Positions 39,981-50,226 of a stretch of 64,000 bases of DNA are shown here, one piece after another (the first letter of the stretch is position 1; each line of letters starts with the position of its first letter). The notes under the pieces are model-generated. The model had not been told where the DNA came from. It did no database searches and saw nothing but the letters and a program-made list of their open reading frames with translations. The stretch lies in the NCBI GenBank assembly GCA_965218435.1, contig CBDCKW010000005.1, positions 608,001 to 672,000 of the forward strand, written 5' to 3'. This DNA is from Truepera sp. (GTDB lineage Bacteria; Deinococcota; Deinococci; Deinococcales; Trueperaceae). The position numbers and the translations under genes were made by a program.

Positions 39981-41465
39981 ATGCTTTCCGCCCGTAACGT
40001 TGTCAAGCACTACGGCGCTGTGCACGCCTTGACCAACGGCAACCTAGCTGTAGAAGGGGGCGAAGTCGTCGCTTTGCTCGGCGCGAATGGCAGCGGCAAG
40101 AGCACGCTCGGCAAGATCGTGACAGGGGTCGTGGCGCCGACGAGCGGCGACGTTACGCTCGAGGGGCGGGCTGTAAGGTTCAACTCGCCCTACGCCGCGC
40201 GCAAGCAAGGTGTCACGGCTGTCTATCAAGAACTCAGCCTCGTTCCAGACATGACCATCGCCGAGAACATTTATCTCGGCCATGAGCCAAGCCGGGCAGG
40301 CTTTTGGCCTCGGCGCGCGCAGATGCGCGCCGAGGCCAAACGGTTGCTCGATCTATTTCAGGGTACGGTGCACGCTGCCCCAGATGATTTCGTCATGAAC
40401 CTGTCACCGAGTAGCCGCCAGATTGTGGAAATTCTCAAGGCGCTGAGCCAAAAGCCGCGCCTGCTCATTCTCGACGAGGCTACCGCGAGCCTCGACTCCC
40501 AACAGGTCGACCGACTTTTTGAATTGATCAAAGAGTGGAAAGCGCAGGGTATGGCCGTGGTGTTTGTTTCGCACCGGATGGACGAACTGTTCCGCGTTGC
40601 GGACCGTGCGGTGGTCTTGCGCAACGGGGCAACGGTGGGAAGCACCGGTATGGCGGAGACGACCGAAGGGAACCTCGTGCGGATGATGATAGGGGAAGCG
40701 GTCAAACCACAGCGTTTCGCGGGCGGCGAGGCATCAACCGCTAATCTACGGTTGAACGTCGACGGCCTAGAGACTCCAGTTTTAAAAAATATTCATTTTA
40801 AGCTCGAGGACGGTGAACTGCTAGGCTTGAGCGGTTTGCAAGGCCAAGGCCAAGAGGACTTATTGCTGGCGCTATTCGGCGCGATTCCCTTTGCGGGATC
40901 GCTGATGCTGAGCGGGCGTTCGGTACGGTTTGCACATCCTCAAGAGGCCATGCGCGCGCGGGTCGCTTATGTTCCTGGCGACCGAAGCGGCGAAGGGCTG
41001 CTCATGATTCGCTCTATTTTGGAGAACTTGCAGCTTCCCTCTTGGGGCGACTACGGCGTGCCCATCCGGCAAGCGCAAGCTCGTGCCGACGCGCTGGCCA
41101 TCAGCCATAGGTTGAGTCTAAAAATGGCCTCGCTCAACGCACCCGTAAGCAGTTTGAGTGGCGGCAACGCACAAAAGGTGGTCATCGGCAAATGGCTGCT
41201 GCGCAATCCGGCCCTACTCCTTTTGAACGACCCAACCAAAGGGGTAGACGTCGGCTCCAAAGGAGAATTTTATGGGCTGCTCAACGACTTACGGCGCCAA
41301 GGCACCGCCATTCTTTTTTACAGCAGCGATGACGAGGAGCTTTTGGGCCTTTGCGACCGTGTGTTGGTTATGCAAGACGGCCGCATCACCGCCCGTTTGG
41401 CGGGCGCAGATCTAAACCGCTCGAGCCTTGTCGCCGCCAGTATGGGCTCAGGTCACGCGGCGTGA
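39981..41465 (+). CDS. Monosaccharide ABC transporter ATP-binding protein
   Basis: GANGSGKST, DEAT, LSGGNAQK. Confidence 0.92.
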   Translation: MLSARNVVKHYGAVHALTNGNLAVEGGEVVALLGANGSGKSTLGKIVTGVVAPTSGDVTLEGRAVRFNSPYAARKQGVTAVYQELSLVPDMTIAENIYLGHEPSRAGFWPRRAQMRAEAKRLLDLFQGTVHAAPDDFVMNLSPSSRQIVEILKALSQKPRLLILDEATASLDSQQVDRLFELIKEWKAQGMAVVFVSHRMDELFRVADRAVVLRNGATVGSTGMAETTEGNLVRMMIGEAVKPQRFAGGEASTANLRLNVDGLETPVLKNIHFKLEDGELLGLSGLQGQGQEDLLLALFGAIPFAGSLMLSGRSVRFAHPQEAMRARVAYVPGDRSGEGLLMIRSILENLQLPSWGDYGVPIRQAQARADALAISHRLSLKMASLNAPVSSLSGGNAQKVVIGKWLLRNPALLLLNDPTKGVDVGSKGEFYGLLNDLRRQGTAILFYSSDDEELLGLCDRVLVMQDGRITARLAGADLNRSSLVAASMGSGHAA

Positions 41466-42415
41466 CCGGGCTGCGCTTTTTGACCCGAAGCTCGTACCTG
41501 TTCACGCTTGTGTTGTTGGCGATTCTGGTAGCGGTCAACGCTGGTTTACAGCCCAACTTTTTTTCGCCGCGCGCGCTTAATGGAAACTTCCGGGTATTCC
41601 TGCCGCTCATGATTTTAGCGGTTGGGCAAGCCGTAGTCATTATTGGGGGTGGAATCGATTTATCCCTCGGGACGGTGGTGTCGCTCGTCAACGCCGTACT
41701 GGTCACGCAGGTCATGCCGGACAGTACGGCCTCGGGCGTGGCGGTCGCTGCTTTGCTAGGGTGCGCGGTGGGGACGCTGGCAGGCGCTCTGAACGGTCTT
41801 TGCGTGGCCGTTTTGCGGTTGCAACCGATCGTCACGACCTACGCGACAAGTTTTATCTTTTCGGGGGTGGCGCTTCTCGTTTTGCCGCGGCCCGGCGGGA
41901 GCCTACCACGAACCCTTACCACCTTCTACCGCTCCGCCCCGCTGGGGATTCCGCTGGCAGTCTATGTCATTGCGCTCTTGCTACTACTTTGGGCGCTGCT
42001 GCGCTCGAGCCGGTACGGACAGTACCTGTACGCGAGCGGGAGCCAAGCGGACGCAGCTTATACCAGCGGCGTTCCCGTTTCGGCCGTGAAGTTCAGCAGT
42101 TACGTCTTGGCCGGGCTGCTTAGCAGCTTCGCGGCGACCGCGCTCACCCTAGGCATCGGCAGTGGCAACGCACGCATCGGCGACAGCATGACCTTGGACT
42201 CTATCGTTACCGTGGTGCTGGGCGGCACCCGGCTGAGCGGTGGCCAGGGCGGGGTTGTCGGCGCGGTGTTGGGGGTCATGATTTTGGGTGTCATCCGCAA
42301 CTTGATTTCGTTTGCCAATGTCCCCACCTGGTATCAGACCTTGATTAACGCCATCATCATTGTGTTGGCTTTGGCCGGACCCGGTTTGTGGCGCCTGCTC
42401 AGGCGGCGGTCATGA
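41462..42415 (+). CDS. Monosaccharide ABC transporter permease
   Basis: GGIDLSLG, VVLGGTRLSGG. Start GTG overlaps the ATPase stop. Confidence 0.9.
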   Translation: MTGLRFLTRSSYLFTLVLLAILVAVNAGLQPNFFSPRALNGNFRVFLPLMILAVGQAVVIIGGGIDLSLGTVVSLVNAVLVTQVMPDSTASGVAVAALLGCAVGTLAGALNGLCVAVLRLQPIVTTYATSFIFSGVALLVLPRPGGSLPRTLTTFYRSAPLGIPLAVYVIALLLLLWALLRSSRYGQYLYASGSQADAAYTSGVPVSAVKFSSYVLAGLLSSFAATALTLGIGSGNARIGDSMTLDSIVTVVLGGTRLSGGQGGVVGAVLGVMILGVIRNLISFANVPTWYQTLINAIIIVLALAGPGLWRLLRRRS

Positions 42416-43359
42416 GCCTGCGTGGGCGCTTTTCGCCGCCGCTGATCGCGCTTCTTTTGGCTGTTGCCCTGTTTCTGCTCGGCGGCGTCCTTCGCCCCGG
42501 CTTTGTCAACGCCAATCAGGTCGTCAACATCTTGCGCTTGGCCTCGCTGTTGGGCATCGTGGCGGCGGGCCAGACGCTTGTCATCATTAGTGGTGGGGAA
42601 GGCATCGACTTGTCGGTCGGCTCGGTAGTGACGCTCGGCGCCATCTTCACCTTCCGCTTTTCTAACGGCCAAGACGAGTTGCTGCTTTGGGGCCTCGTGA
42701 CGGCTTTGTTAGCGGGCGCGGTGGTCGGGCTGATCAACGGCTTGGGTATCGTATTTGTGCGGATTCCCCCGCTGGTGATGACCCTCGGCATGGCGGGCAT
42801 GGTGCAGGGCCTCGTGTTGGTGGTGACGCAAGGCGCGCTGGCGGGGGGTACGCCGCCGCTGCTTGTCACTCTCATCTCGAGCAACCTCGTGGGCCTCCCA
42901 GGCAGCTTATACGTCTGGCTCACTTTGGCTGCGTTGATGTGGATTTTGTTAGAGCGCAGTCCGTACGGCAAGCATCTGTTCGCCGTCGGTGTGAACCGGA
43001 AAGCCGCGCGGCTTTCCGGCGTCAACGTACCGCGAGTGGTCGTCATCACCTACCTGCTGAGCGGGGTTCTAGCGGCGCTGGGCGGGTCTTGCCTATTGGG
43101 CTTTACACAGCGCGTCTTTTTGAGCCTCGGCACGCCCTATTTGTTTCCGTCGATCGCGGCCGTGGTGGTGGGGGGTACGGTGCTCGCGGGTGGCAAGGGT
43201 AGTTACTGGGGCACCATGGCAGGCGCGCTCGTGCTTACGCTCATCAACAGTTTGCTCACAGCCCTGCAGCTTTCAGAAGCGTATCAACTTATCGTGCTCG
43301 GCGCGACGCTCGTCGTGCTCATTTCGATTTACGGACGCCAGCGGGCGATTCGTCAGTAG
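42412..43359 (+). CDS. Monosaccharide ABC transporter permease
   Basis: GIDLSVGS, AARLSGV, IAAVVVGGT. Confidence 0.9.
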   Translation: MSLRGRFSPPLIALLLAVALFLLGGVLRPGFVNANQVVNILRLASLLGIVAAGQTLVIISGGEGIDLSVGSVVTLGAIFTFRFSNGQDELLLWGLVTALLAGAVVGLINGLGIVFVRIPPLVMTLGMAGMVQGLVLVVTQGALAGGTPPLLVTLISSNLVGLPGSLYVWLTLAALMWILLERSPYGKHLFAVGVNRKAARLSGVNVPRVVVITYLLSGVLAALGGSCLLGFTQRVFLSLGTPYLFPSIAAVVVGGTVLAGGKGSYWGTMAGALVLTLINSLLTALQLSEAYQLIVLGATLVVLISIYGRQRAIRQ

Positions 43360-44465
43360 CTCAAGGGTGCCCTGGTCAGCCGTTCAGCACCTTCAGGGGT
43401 GATGAGAAAGCCGTCCTCGAGGCGTACGCTGAATGCGCCCGGTAGGTAGATACCCGGCTCGAGCAAGATCACCATACCCGCTTCGAGCGGAGTTTCGTCA
43501 TAGGGCGTAAGGCGCGGCGTTTCGTGTGTGTGCACGCCGACGCTATGCCCAGAGTGGTGGGGATAAACGGGGTAGCCGCTGGCGCTGATAAAGGTTTTCA
43601 AGGCGCGGTCCAAGTCGTTGGCTTTGAGGCCCGGTTTTAAGAGCGACGCACCATACTCGAGCGCCTCACTCACCACTCGAAAGACGTGCTTTTGTTCGGC
43701 TGTAGGCTCGTTTGCAAAGTAGCTGCGGCAGCCGTCCGACCAGTAGCCGCCCCGAGACACGCTTAAGTCAACAATTAAGGAGCTGTTTTCGAGCAGTGGT
43801 GTAGCCTTGGGCCAGCCGCCCACATTGTTACGGCGTTCGCCCGCCACACAGTCGTTACCCAGCGCGACGCGCTCCCCAGCGGCGCGCTCAACGCCACCTT
43901 GCACCGCCGTCCACACATCAATCTCCCGCGCTCCAGCCCGGGTTTGCGCTTTGGCGACAGTAAAGCCCAAATCGGTAAGCTCAAAAGCTTCTCGCAGCGT
44001 CTCGAGCTCCTCGGTCGTCTTGAGTCGGCGCGCTGGCTCGAGCCAGCCGTCGATAGCGCGGAACGTGTCACTGTGTGCCTCGAGCACGTTGTAGAGGTGG
44101 TGAGGAAGCGCTTTTGTTTCGATACCGACAGCGCCGGGGCTGCGCTGCATAAGGGTTCGGAGGGCAGCTTGCTGGTGGTCGGCGACACGAATAGGCTCGT
44201 CGAGCGTGTAGCTCGAATACGGCAGAACGCTTACGCTTGCTGAAACACTTGCCCCACCAACCTGACTGTCTTGAAGCAAAAGCGTGTAGTGACCGTCTTC
44301 AAACCAGACAAACGCGGCTTGACCTAAAAACGGTGAGGGTATAACCCCTAGTTTCGGCGTGAAGCCCGTCAGCCAGGTCACGCTCTGTGGGTCGCTGAAC
44401 AGCGCTTTGCTGAGGTGACCAGCCTTGAGAAGGGCGCTAGCGCGTCGCCTTTGCTCGCTATGCAC
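43353..44465 (-). CDS. M24 family (Xaa-Pro peptidase/creatinase-like) metallohydrolase
   Basis: VDLS..GYWSD, HHSGHSVG..HE, LEPG, RLED metal ligands. Confidence 0.85.
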   Translation of the reverse strand: MHSEQRRRASALLKAGHLSKALFSDPQSVTWLTGFTPKLGVIPSPFLGQAAFVWFEDGHYTLLLQDSQVGGASVSASVSVLPYSSYTLDEPIRVADHQQAALRTLMQRSPGAVGIETKALPHHLYNVLEAHSDTFRAIDGWLEPARRLKTTEELETLREAFELTDLGFTVAKAQTRAGAREIDVWTAVQGGVERAAGERVALGNDCVAGERRNNVGGWPKATPLLENSSLIVDLSVSRGGYWSDGCRSYFANEPTAEQKHVFRVVSEALEYGASLLKPGLKANDLDRALKTFISASGYPVYPHHSGHSVGVHTHETPRLTPYDETPLEAGMVILLEPGIYLPGAFSVRLEDGFLITPEGAERLTRAPLSY

Positions 44466-44521
44466 AGGCGCCCCAGCCCAGCCAGGCTGAGGTGGAATGG
44501 ATGACCGGCGACATGAGGGCT

Positions 44522-45304
44522 TTAGTTTGAGGAATTTTCTGTCCAGGTCGGTGTCATTCCGGTGATGATGCGCTCGACCGCCTCGATGGACGAGGCGGTC
44601 GGACGGATATCATCGGCTACCACCTTGCCCCCTCGCAAAATGATGATGCGGTCGACGACTTGGAAAACGTGGTAAATGTTGTGGGCGATAAGGATGCAGG
44701 AGTGACCCGACTCTCGGGCGTTGCGAACAAAGCGCAACACGCCTTGCGTTTCCTCGACTCCGAGATTGTTGGTGGGTTCGTCAAGGATGATGAGGTCGCT
44801 GTCAAAGTGCATGGCCCGGGCGATAGCTACGGCTTGGCGCTCGCCGCCGGACAGCGCGCTAACCGGCGTGGTCGGCGGGATAGCTTTAGTTATCCCCACT
44901 CTTTTTAACAGGGTACGGGCAACCTCGTTCATCGCCTCTTGATCCATGCGGTTGAGAAAACGGGAGCCCGTGAGAGGTTCGCGCCCCAAAAAGAGGTTCC
45001 GGGCGATCGACAGCTGAGTGACTAAGGCCGAATCCTGATAAATTGTTTCGATCCCTCGGGCGATAGCGTCGCTCGTGCTCCGTAGCACTACCTTTTCGCC
45101 GTTCAGGTAAAGGCTGCCACTGCTAGCTTTTAGAGCACCCGAGAGGATCTTGATCAACGTCGACTTGCCCGCACCGTTATCCCCCAACAATCCCACAATC
45201 TCGTTTTTGTTGACTGTCAAAGACACGTTACTGAGCGCCTGAACGCGCCCAAAGAACTTGTCGATATTCTCCATGCGCACGAGCTCGGTGTCCACGATCT
45301 TCAC
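44522..45304 (-). CDS. Sugar ABC transporter ATP-binding protein (single NBD)
   Basis: GDNGAGKST, LSGGERQ, DEPT. Confidence 0.92.
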   Translation of the reverse strand: MKIVDTELVRMENIDKFFGRVQALSNVSLTVNKNEIVGLLGDNGAGKSTLIKILSGALKASSGSLYLNGEKVVLRSTSDAIARGIETIYQDSALVTQLSIARNLFLGREPLTGSRFLNRMDQEAMNEVARTLLKRVGITKAIPPTTPVSALSGGERQAVAIARAMHFDSDLIILDEPTNNLGVEETQGVLRFVRNARESGHSCILIAHNIYHVFQVVDRIIILRGGKVVADDIRPTASSIEAVERIITGMTPTWTENSSN

Positions 45305-46296
45305 TCGCCCGATTGGTGTCTGCGCTCGAGGGCAGAATGAAGCGCCATCATCGCTAAGATGATAGCGCCAATGAAGATGTTGTAAGCCAACGCTGGCACG
45401 TTGGTAAAGTTGATACCATTACGCATCAGGCGCAAAATGAACACTCCGAGAACCGTGCCTAAAATCGTGCCACGACCGCCCAACAGCGCCGTGCCGCCAA
45501 TTACTACCATAGCGATGATCTCGAGCTCGTAACCGGTGCCGCTATTGGGGTTGGCGGCCGAAACCCTGATCGAACTCACGACCCCAGCGAACGCCGACAT
45601 CGTGGCGGTCAAGATAAACAGCAAGACCTTGGTACTGGCGACATTGACGCCCCGGGCTCTGGCGGCGGCGGCGTTACCACCAGACGCTTGGATCCAGTTG
45701 CCAAACCTGGTCCGCGAGAGGATATAACCGAAAAGAACTGCGAAGACAATAAACCATAGCAACGACGCGTAAACGTTCAATGAGCCGATATGAAAGTCAC
45801 CAACGACGATAGTTACGAGGGGTGAGTCTGTCTGCCAGGTTCTCTGCGGAAAACCACTCGTTATGTAGAGTGCGCTGCCGCGCACGATGAGTAACATCCC
45901 AAGCGTCACCAAAAAGGATGGAATCTTGAGTCGCGTTACAAACCAGCCGTTGACGAAGCCGACAAACACTGCGCACAGCATTGCCAGCACAAACGCGACT
46001 TCCAGCGAGACGATGCCTTCGTTGTAAAGTGTCCACATCAGCACGGGCGTAAATCCGAAAACCGAACCCACTGATAAATCGAACTCGCCAGCAATCATTA
46101 GCAAGGTCATGGCGAGCGCAATCATGCCAAGTTCCGGTACAAAGGCGAGTAGGTTACCGATGTTGAACACGCTCAAATAGTTCCCGGAGGATAGCGCCGT
46201 AAAAACGATGACCTCAGCCACAACGAGCATCAGGGGTCCAAATTCAGGTCGCAGCACGAATTGCTGAAGGCGTGACACCGAAGTTGGCTCATTCAT
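45301..46296 (-). CDS. Sugar ABC transporter permease
   Basis: GEFDLSVGS, RTRFGNW..ASGGN, ELEIIAMVVIGGT. Start ATG 46296. Confidence 0.9.
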   Translation of the reverse strand: MNEPTSVSRLQQFVLRPEFGPLMLVVAEVIVFTALSSGNYLSVFNIGNLLAFVPELGMIALAMTLLMIAGEFDLSVGSVFGFTPVLMWTLYNEGIVSLEVAFVLAMLCAVFVGFVNGWFVTRLKIPSFLVTLGMLLIVRGSALYITSGFPQRTWQTDSPLVTIVVGDFHIGSLNVYASLLWFIVFAVLFGYILSRTRFGNWIQASGGNAAAARARGVNVASTKVLLFILTATMSAFAGVVSSIRVSAANPNSGTGYELEIIAMVVIGGTALLGGRGTILGTVLGVFILRLMRNGINFTNVPALAYNIFIGAIILAMMALHSALERRHQSGE

Positions 46297-46479
46297 AGAG
46301 ATTTCTTTTTCGGCTCCAAGCACTGTTATTTCCTTTGACGTTGCGGTGAAAAGAGTGCACTCGCCAGCACTAGCGCTCTGAGCCGCCAAGGGTAAAGAGA
46401 AAGTAAGCCGCGCTCTCGGCACAAGTAATTCACGCTACCTACGTCCAAATCAGTTCGCGGCATCAAAAAGCCACTTCAC

Positions 46480-47415
46480 TTACTGTTGGCCTGACAGTAC
46501 ATCGTCGTAAGCCTGAGCCGTGTCAGCCTCGTAGAGCGCGCCCGTAGTGACGTTAAAGCCAACTGGAATGCCGCTCGCTTCCATCGCCGCAAGAGACAAA
46601 GCGACGTAGCTTGTTGCTTGCGGGTCTTGCCACTGCGCGGCATTCACGTAACCAGTAAGGACTTCTTGCGTGGTATCGAGCGAGTTGCCCCAGCCCACTA
46701 CGGGGATGTCGCCTGGCGCAACACCGACCTGGTCAAACACGCGTTTGATGCTACCGGTGACAAGATCTCCCAAGCCGATAATCGCGTTGATCTTCTCTCG
46801 ATTGGCTGTTAGATAGTCCGACATGCGCGTGATGACCTCGGCTTGATCCAACGTCGCCTCCGTAACCTCCCAGGAAATACCGAGGGGTTTAAACACGCTG
46901 GCGATGCCTTCTTCTTCCTGAACACCGTAGGTCGCACCGGGGACTTCTACAGGCATCCAGACAAAGTTGCCCTTTTTAACCAAGCCTTTGTCTACCAAAT
47001 ACTGCGCCCAGGCGCGGCCAAAGGCAACGTTGTCTCCACCGACGTAAGCGTTGAAGTCAGCAGACGGGTCGGGGGTGTTGAAGTTGATGATAGGAACGCC
47101 CGCGGCTCTAGCTTCTGACACGACCTCGACCAAGCTGCCCGGGTCCGGGCTAGTCGTGACGATGCCAGCAGCCCCGGCAGCCAGTGCTACCCGGATTGCC
47201 TCTTGCTGAGAAGGAACGTCACCACTTTGAAACGACGTACGAACGGTATTACCGGTGTCCTCGGCCCACTGATTAGCGCCGTCCAAAAAGTAAGTCCAGA
47301 CGGGGTCGGCGGGGTCGCCATGTGAAATCCAGTAGTACACCTCGTCCTGAGCCAAACTTATTTGCCCCATGCACACGAGTCCAACGACAAAAGCGAGTAG
47401 CAGTTTCCGCAGCAT
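46480..47415 (-). CDS. Sugar/polyol ABC substrate-binding protein
   Basis: Signal peptide ending SLAQ, SHG..DPVW, periplasmic-binding type I pattern. Confidence 0.85.
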   Translation of the reverse strand: MLRKLLLAFVVGLVCMGQISLAQDEVYYWISHGDPADPVWTYFLDGANQWAEDTGNTVRTSFQSGDVPSQQEAIRVALAAGAAGIVTTSPDPGSLVEVVSEARAAGVPIINFNTPDPSADFNAYVGGDNVAFGRAWAQYLVDKGLVKKGNFVWMPVEVPGATYGVQEEEGIASVFKPLGISWEVTEATLDQAEVITRMSDYLTANREKINAIIGLGDLVTGSIKRVFDQVGVAPGDIPVVGWGNSLDTTQEVLTGYVNAAQWQDPQATSYVALSLAAMEASGIPVGFNVTTGALYEADTAQAYDDVLSGQQ

Positions 47416-47442
47416 TTACGTACCCCTTTCGTGATTCGGCTC

Positions 47443-47472
47443 AGTATACTGGTACGGACCACTCGATGTCTA
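47443..47472 (-). promoter_or_regulatory. Promoter TAGACA-18-TATACT with operator TGGTACGGACCA (47450-47461)
   Basis: Same architecture as 35002-35031 and 57937-57966. Confidence 0.8.
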
Positions 47473-47498
47473 GCACTTAGCCAAACCCTTGCAATTTG

Positions 47499-47545
47499 GG
47501 GAATGTCCTGGATTTCGTGTTTAACCGAATCAGTCAAAATAGGGT
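47499..47545. mobile_element. Possible stub of an IS256-like terminal inverted repeat cut off by the IS3
   Basis: GGGAATGTCCTGGATTTCGTGT resembles recalled IS256-family ends. No transposase remains. Confidence 0.3.
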
Positions 47546-47583
47546 TGGTCTTGGTCTATAACTTTGGACAATTGAATCATACG

Positions 47584-47886
47584 CTAAGCCGCTAGCCCAG
47601 CGAAAGTACCTTCGCGCTGTTTGATAATTTCAAAACGTTCCGGGGTTTCAAAACGTAGTGAGCTGTGCAACCGTTCGCGGTTGTAGTAAATCTCAATGAA
47701 TTCGAAGATGGCAGCGCGAGCCTCGTCGCGGGTGGCAAAGCGCTCTCGGGGATAGACTAGCTCCCTTTTAAGCGTCGCCCAGAAGCTTTCGATCACCGCA
47801 TTATCGAAGCAAGCCCCCTTGCCAGTAAAACTAGCGCAGATGGCTTGGCTGGCGAGTTCTTTTTGATAGCGGTAACTGGTGTACTG
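47584..47886 (-). pseudogene. IS3 OrfB C-terminal fragment
   Basis: QYTS...GACFDNAVIESFWATLKRE...YYNRERLHSSL. Confidence 0.88.
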
Positions 47887-49330
47887 GGCGAATTCAACCG
47901 GTTGTTGCAACACGTTTCTGAAGTGATGATAGCTGAACGTCGAGTGCTTCTGCAGGAGTCTTCCAAGCAAGCGTTTTTCTAGGTCGGGTATTGAGCGTTT
48001 TAGCGACGGCTTCAAGGTCATCACGGCTATGCTTGCTGAGGTCTGTACCTTTGGGAAAGTACTGGCGCAGTAAGCCGTTGGTGTTCTCATTCGTGCCGCG
48101 CTGCCAAGGGCTGCTCGGGTTACAGAAGTATATTCCGGGGTTTGTATCAATGCGCAACTGTGCGTGCTGCGCCATCTCGGCACCTTGATCCCAGGCGAGA
48201 GATTTGCGGAGTTGCTCGGGAAGCTTGGTTATCGTAGCGGCAATGGCGTCTCGCACAGCTTCAGCGCCGTGCCCCGCTAACGCCGGGCCGTTCTTGGCTC
48301 TCGGAGCTATACCGTGACCGTCCATAGGTGGGAGGTGTAGCAGCAGGGTGAATCTGGTCGTGCGTTCAACTAGTGTACCGATAGCCGAACTATTGAGTCC
48401 GAGGATGAGGTCGCCTTCACAGTGTCCGGGAACAGCACGGTCATCGGCTTCGGGAGGACGCTGACTAATCATCACTTCGGGCGTGATGAACTGTTTGCCT
48501 CGCCCTCTTGTCCTAGCCCTGGGAACACGAAGCGCTCGACCCGTACGTAGGCAAGCGGTTAATTCACGCTTGAGTGCACCGCGACTCTGGATATAAAGCG
48601 CCTGGTAGATAGCCTCGTGCGAGATACGCATACTTTTATCATCAGGGAAGTCGACCTTGAGTCGGTGAGAAATTTGCTCAGGACTCCATGCTAATGCCCA
48701 GCGTCGGTTCTGCCGCCGTCCATGTCGCCGTCCCATCCACGTCACCTGCGGGCCGGGAACCGAAGCACCGTCAGGTGTTTTTACTTCGCCAGCAAGTCTC
48801 TCTTGGACGTACTGGCGTAACTGGTGGTTCTCGACCAGTTTGGCAAGCTTAGGCCGTCTTGCTGCGCGTTCCGCCTTCCACTGTGCCGTGGAAGCGCGAT
48901 ACTTCAGCTGCCCACTACGCGTTGCCGCGTTGCGGCGCAGCTCACGACTGATTGTGGCTGGGGAACGACCCAAACTGCGGGCTACTGCCCGTACCCCCAA
49001 CCCTTGCACCCGCAGTAAAGCGATCTCTTCTCGTTCGGCAAACGATAGGTAACGTCCTGATAGCGGCGACAGCTGAAGGGGTGACATGCCCCCAGCCTGC
49101 CTGAACCAGCGCGCACCCACTGCGGGTGACGTCCCACACGCTACAGCCGCGTCTTCACTCGACTTCCCGACAGCAATACCCCTCCAGAACCCACGCTCGA
49201 GCTCACGACTTATTCCTGGATGTCCTGGCGACCGCATCATCGGCCTACCCGTTTGCGCTGCACCCCATCCTTTTGGTCGTCCCATATCTCCACCTCCATT
49301 GAGGTGTTGCATCGACCAGTTGAATTTACC
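47887..49330 (-). mobile_element. IS30-family element, 1444 bp, 3-bp target duplication CTG
   Basis: IRs GGCGAATTCAACCGGTTGTTGCAACAC / GGTAAATTCAACTGGTCGATGCAACAC. CTG at 47884-86 and 49331-33. Confidence 0.92.
47894..49285 (-). CDS. IS30-family transposase
   Basis: YLSFAEREEI HTH, WSPEQIS, ISHEAIY, GHCEGD, WDQGAEM, SPWQRGTNENTNGLLRQYFPKG. RBS GGAGGTGGAG. Confidence 0.9.
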   Translation of the reverse strand: MGRPKGWGAAQTGRPMMRSPGHPGISRELERGFWRGIAVGKSSEDAAVACGTSPAVGARWFRQAGGMSPLQLSPLSGRYLSFAEREEIALLRVQGLGVRAVARSLGRSPATISRELRRNAATRSGQLKYRASTAQWKAERAARRPKLAKLVENHQLRQYVQERLAGEVKTPDGASVPGPQVTWMGRRHGRRQNRRWALAWSPEQISHRLKVDFPDDKSMRISHEAIYQALYIQSRGALKRELTACLRTGRALRVPRARTRGRGKQFITPEVMISQRPPEADDRAVPGHCEGDLILGLNSSAIGTLVERTTRFTLLLHLPPMDGHGIAPRAKNGPALAGHGAEAVRDAIAATITKLPEQLRKSLAWDQGAEMAQHAQLRIDTNPGIYFCNPSSPWQRGTNENTNGLLRQYFPKGTDLSKHSRDDLEAVAKTLNTRPRKTLAWKTPAEALDVQLSSLQKRVATTG

Positions 49331-49924
49331 CTGGCTCCCTCGATCCGACTGCTGGATCAGTCCAGGCGCAGGCTTTCGCTTGGTGACAGCACTCCGCAGC
49401 GCTTGCACCACAAGCTCGGTCTTCATGTTGCCGTCCATGGCATAACCGACGATGCGCTTCGAGAAGCCGTCGATCACGCCCGCCAGGTAAAGCCAGCCTT
49501 CATCAGTCGGGATATACGTGATATCGACGTGCCAAAGCTGATTGATGGCGGTAATTTCGAGCTCTTCTGCTAAGAGGTTACGAGTCTCTGTGACCTCCAG
49601 GAGTTCGCGTTTAGGACGGTATTTAGGGGTACTAACGGCATAGAGCCCCTCACGCCGCATCAGCCGTTTGACGCGGCCCAGCGAGCAGGGCACTTCTTGC
49701 TTGCTGAGTTCGGCGTGAACCCGAGGACTCCCGTAACGCCCCTTGTGCTTGGTGAACACCCCTTTGATCTGCCCGAGCAGCGCGAGGTTAGCCTTTTCGC
49801 GTTTACTTGGCACTTGCCGCCGCCGAAAAGCATGATAGTAACTGCGCTTCGGCACCCCCAGTACGTGACAAAGGACGCCGACAGGAAACTCGTTTTTGTG
49901 GGCTTCGACAAAGGCGCATTTCAA
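49331..49924 (-). pseudogene. IS3 OrfB N-terminal fragment (reads in frame into the IS30 transposase)
   Basis: YGSPRV, WHVDITYIPTDEGWLYLAGVID, SDRGSQ then IS30 sequence. Confidence 0.88.
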
Positions 49925-50226
49925 GTCGAGTGCCTCGCAAAATAAATGGCGGCCTTTTTTACAATCGCTAACTCCATCTCGAGCCGCTTCACCTCACCTT
50001 GCAAACGCCTTAGCTCGGCGTCCTCGGCAGTTGGTTGTGCCCGCTTATGTCCTGGTAGCAAACGTCCTTCACGGTACTGCTTACGCCACTTGGTGAGGTT
50101 CGCTTGCGGAATCCCCAGGCTATTAGCAGCTTCTGAAACGGTGTAGCCCTTCTCCTCGAGCAGTTTCACCGCATCGACCTTAAACGCCATCGGGTACTGC
50201 CTGACTACTCTTTTACCCTCTGACAT
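49921..50226 (-). CDS. IS3-family transposase OrfA
   Basis: HTH, identical to 32392-32697. Confidence 0.9.
   Translation of the reverse strand: MSEGKRVVRQYPMAFKVDAVKLLEEKGYTVSEAANSLGIPQANLTKWRKQYREGRLLPGHKRAQPTAEDAELRRLQGEVKRLEMELAIVKKAAIYFARHST

Noticed and set aside
47894..49924. 676-aa ORF as a novel single transposase
   Set aside because: Explained by an IS30 with IRs and a CTG duplication inserted in IS3 orfB. Kept only as a possible fusion product.
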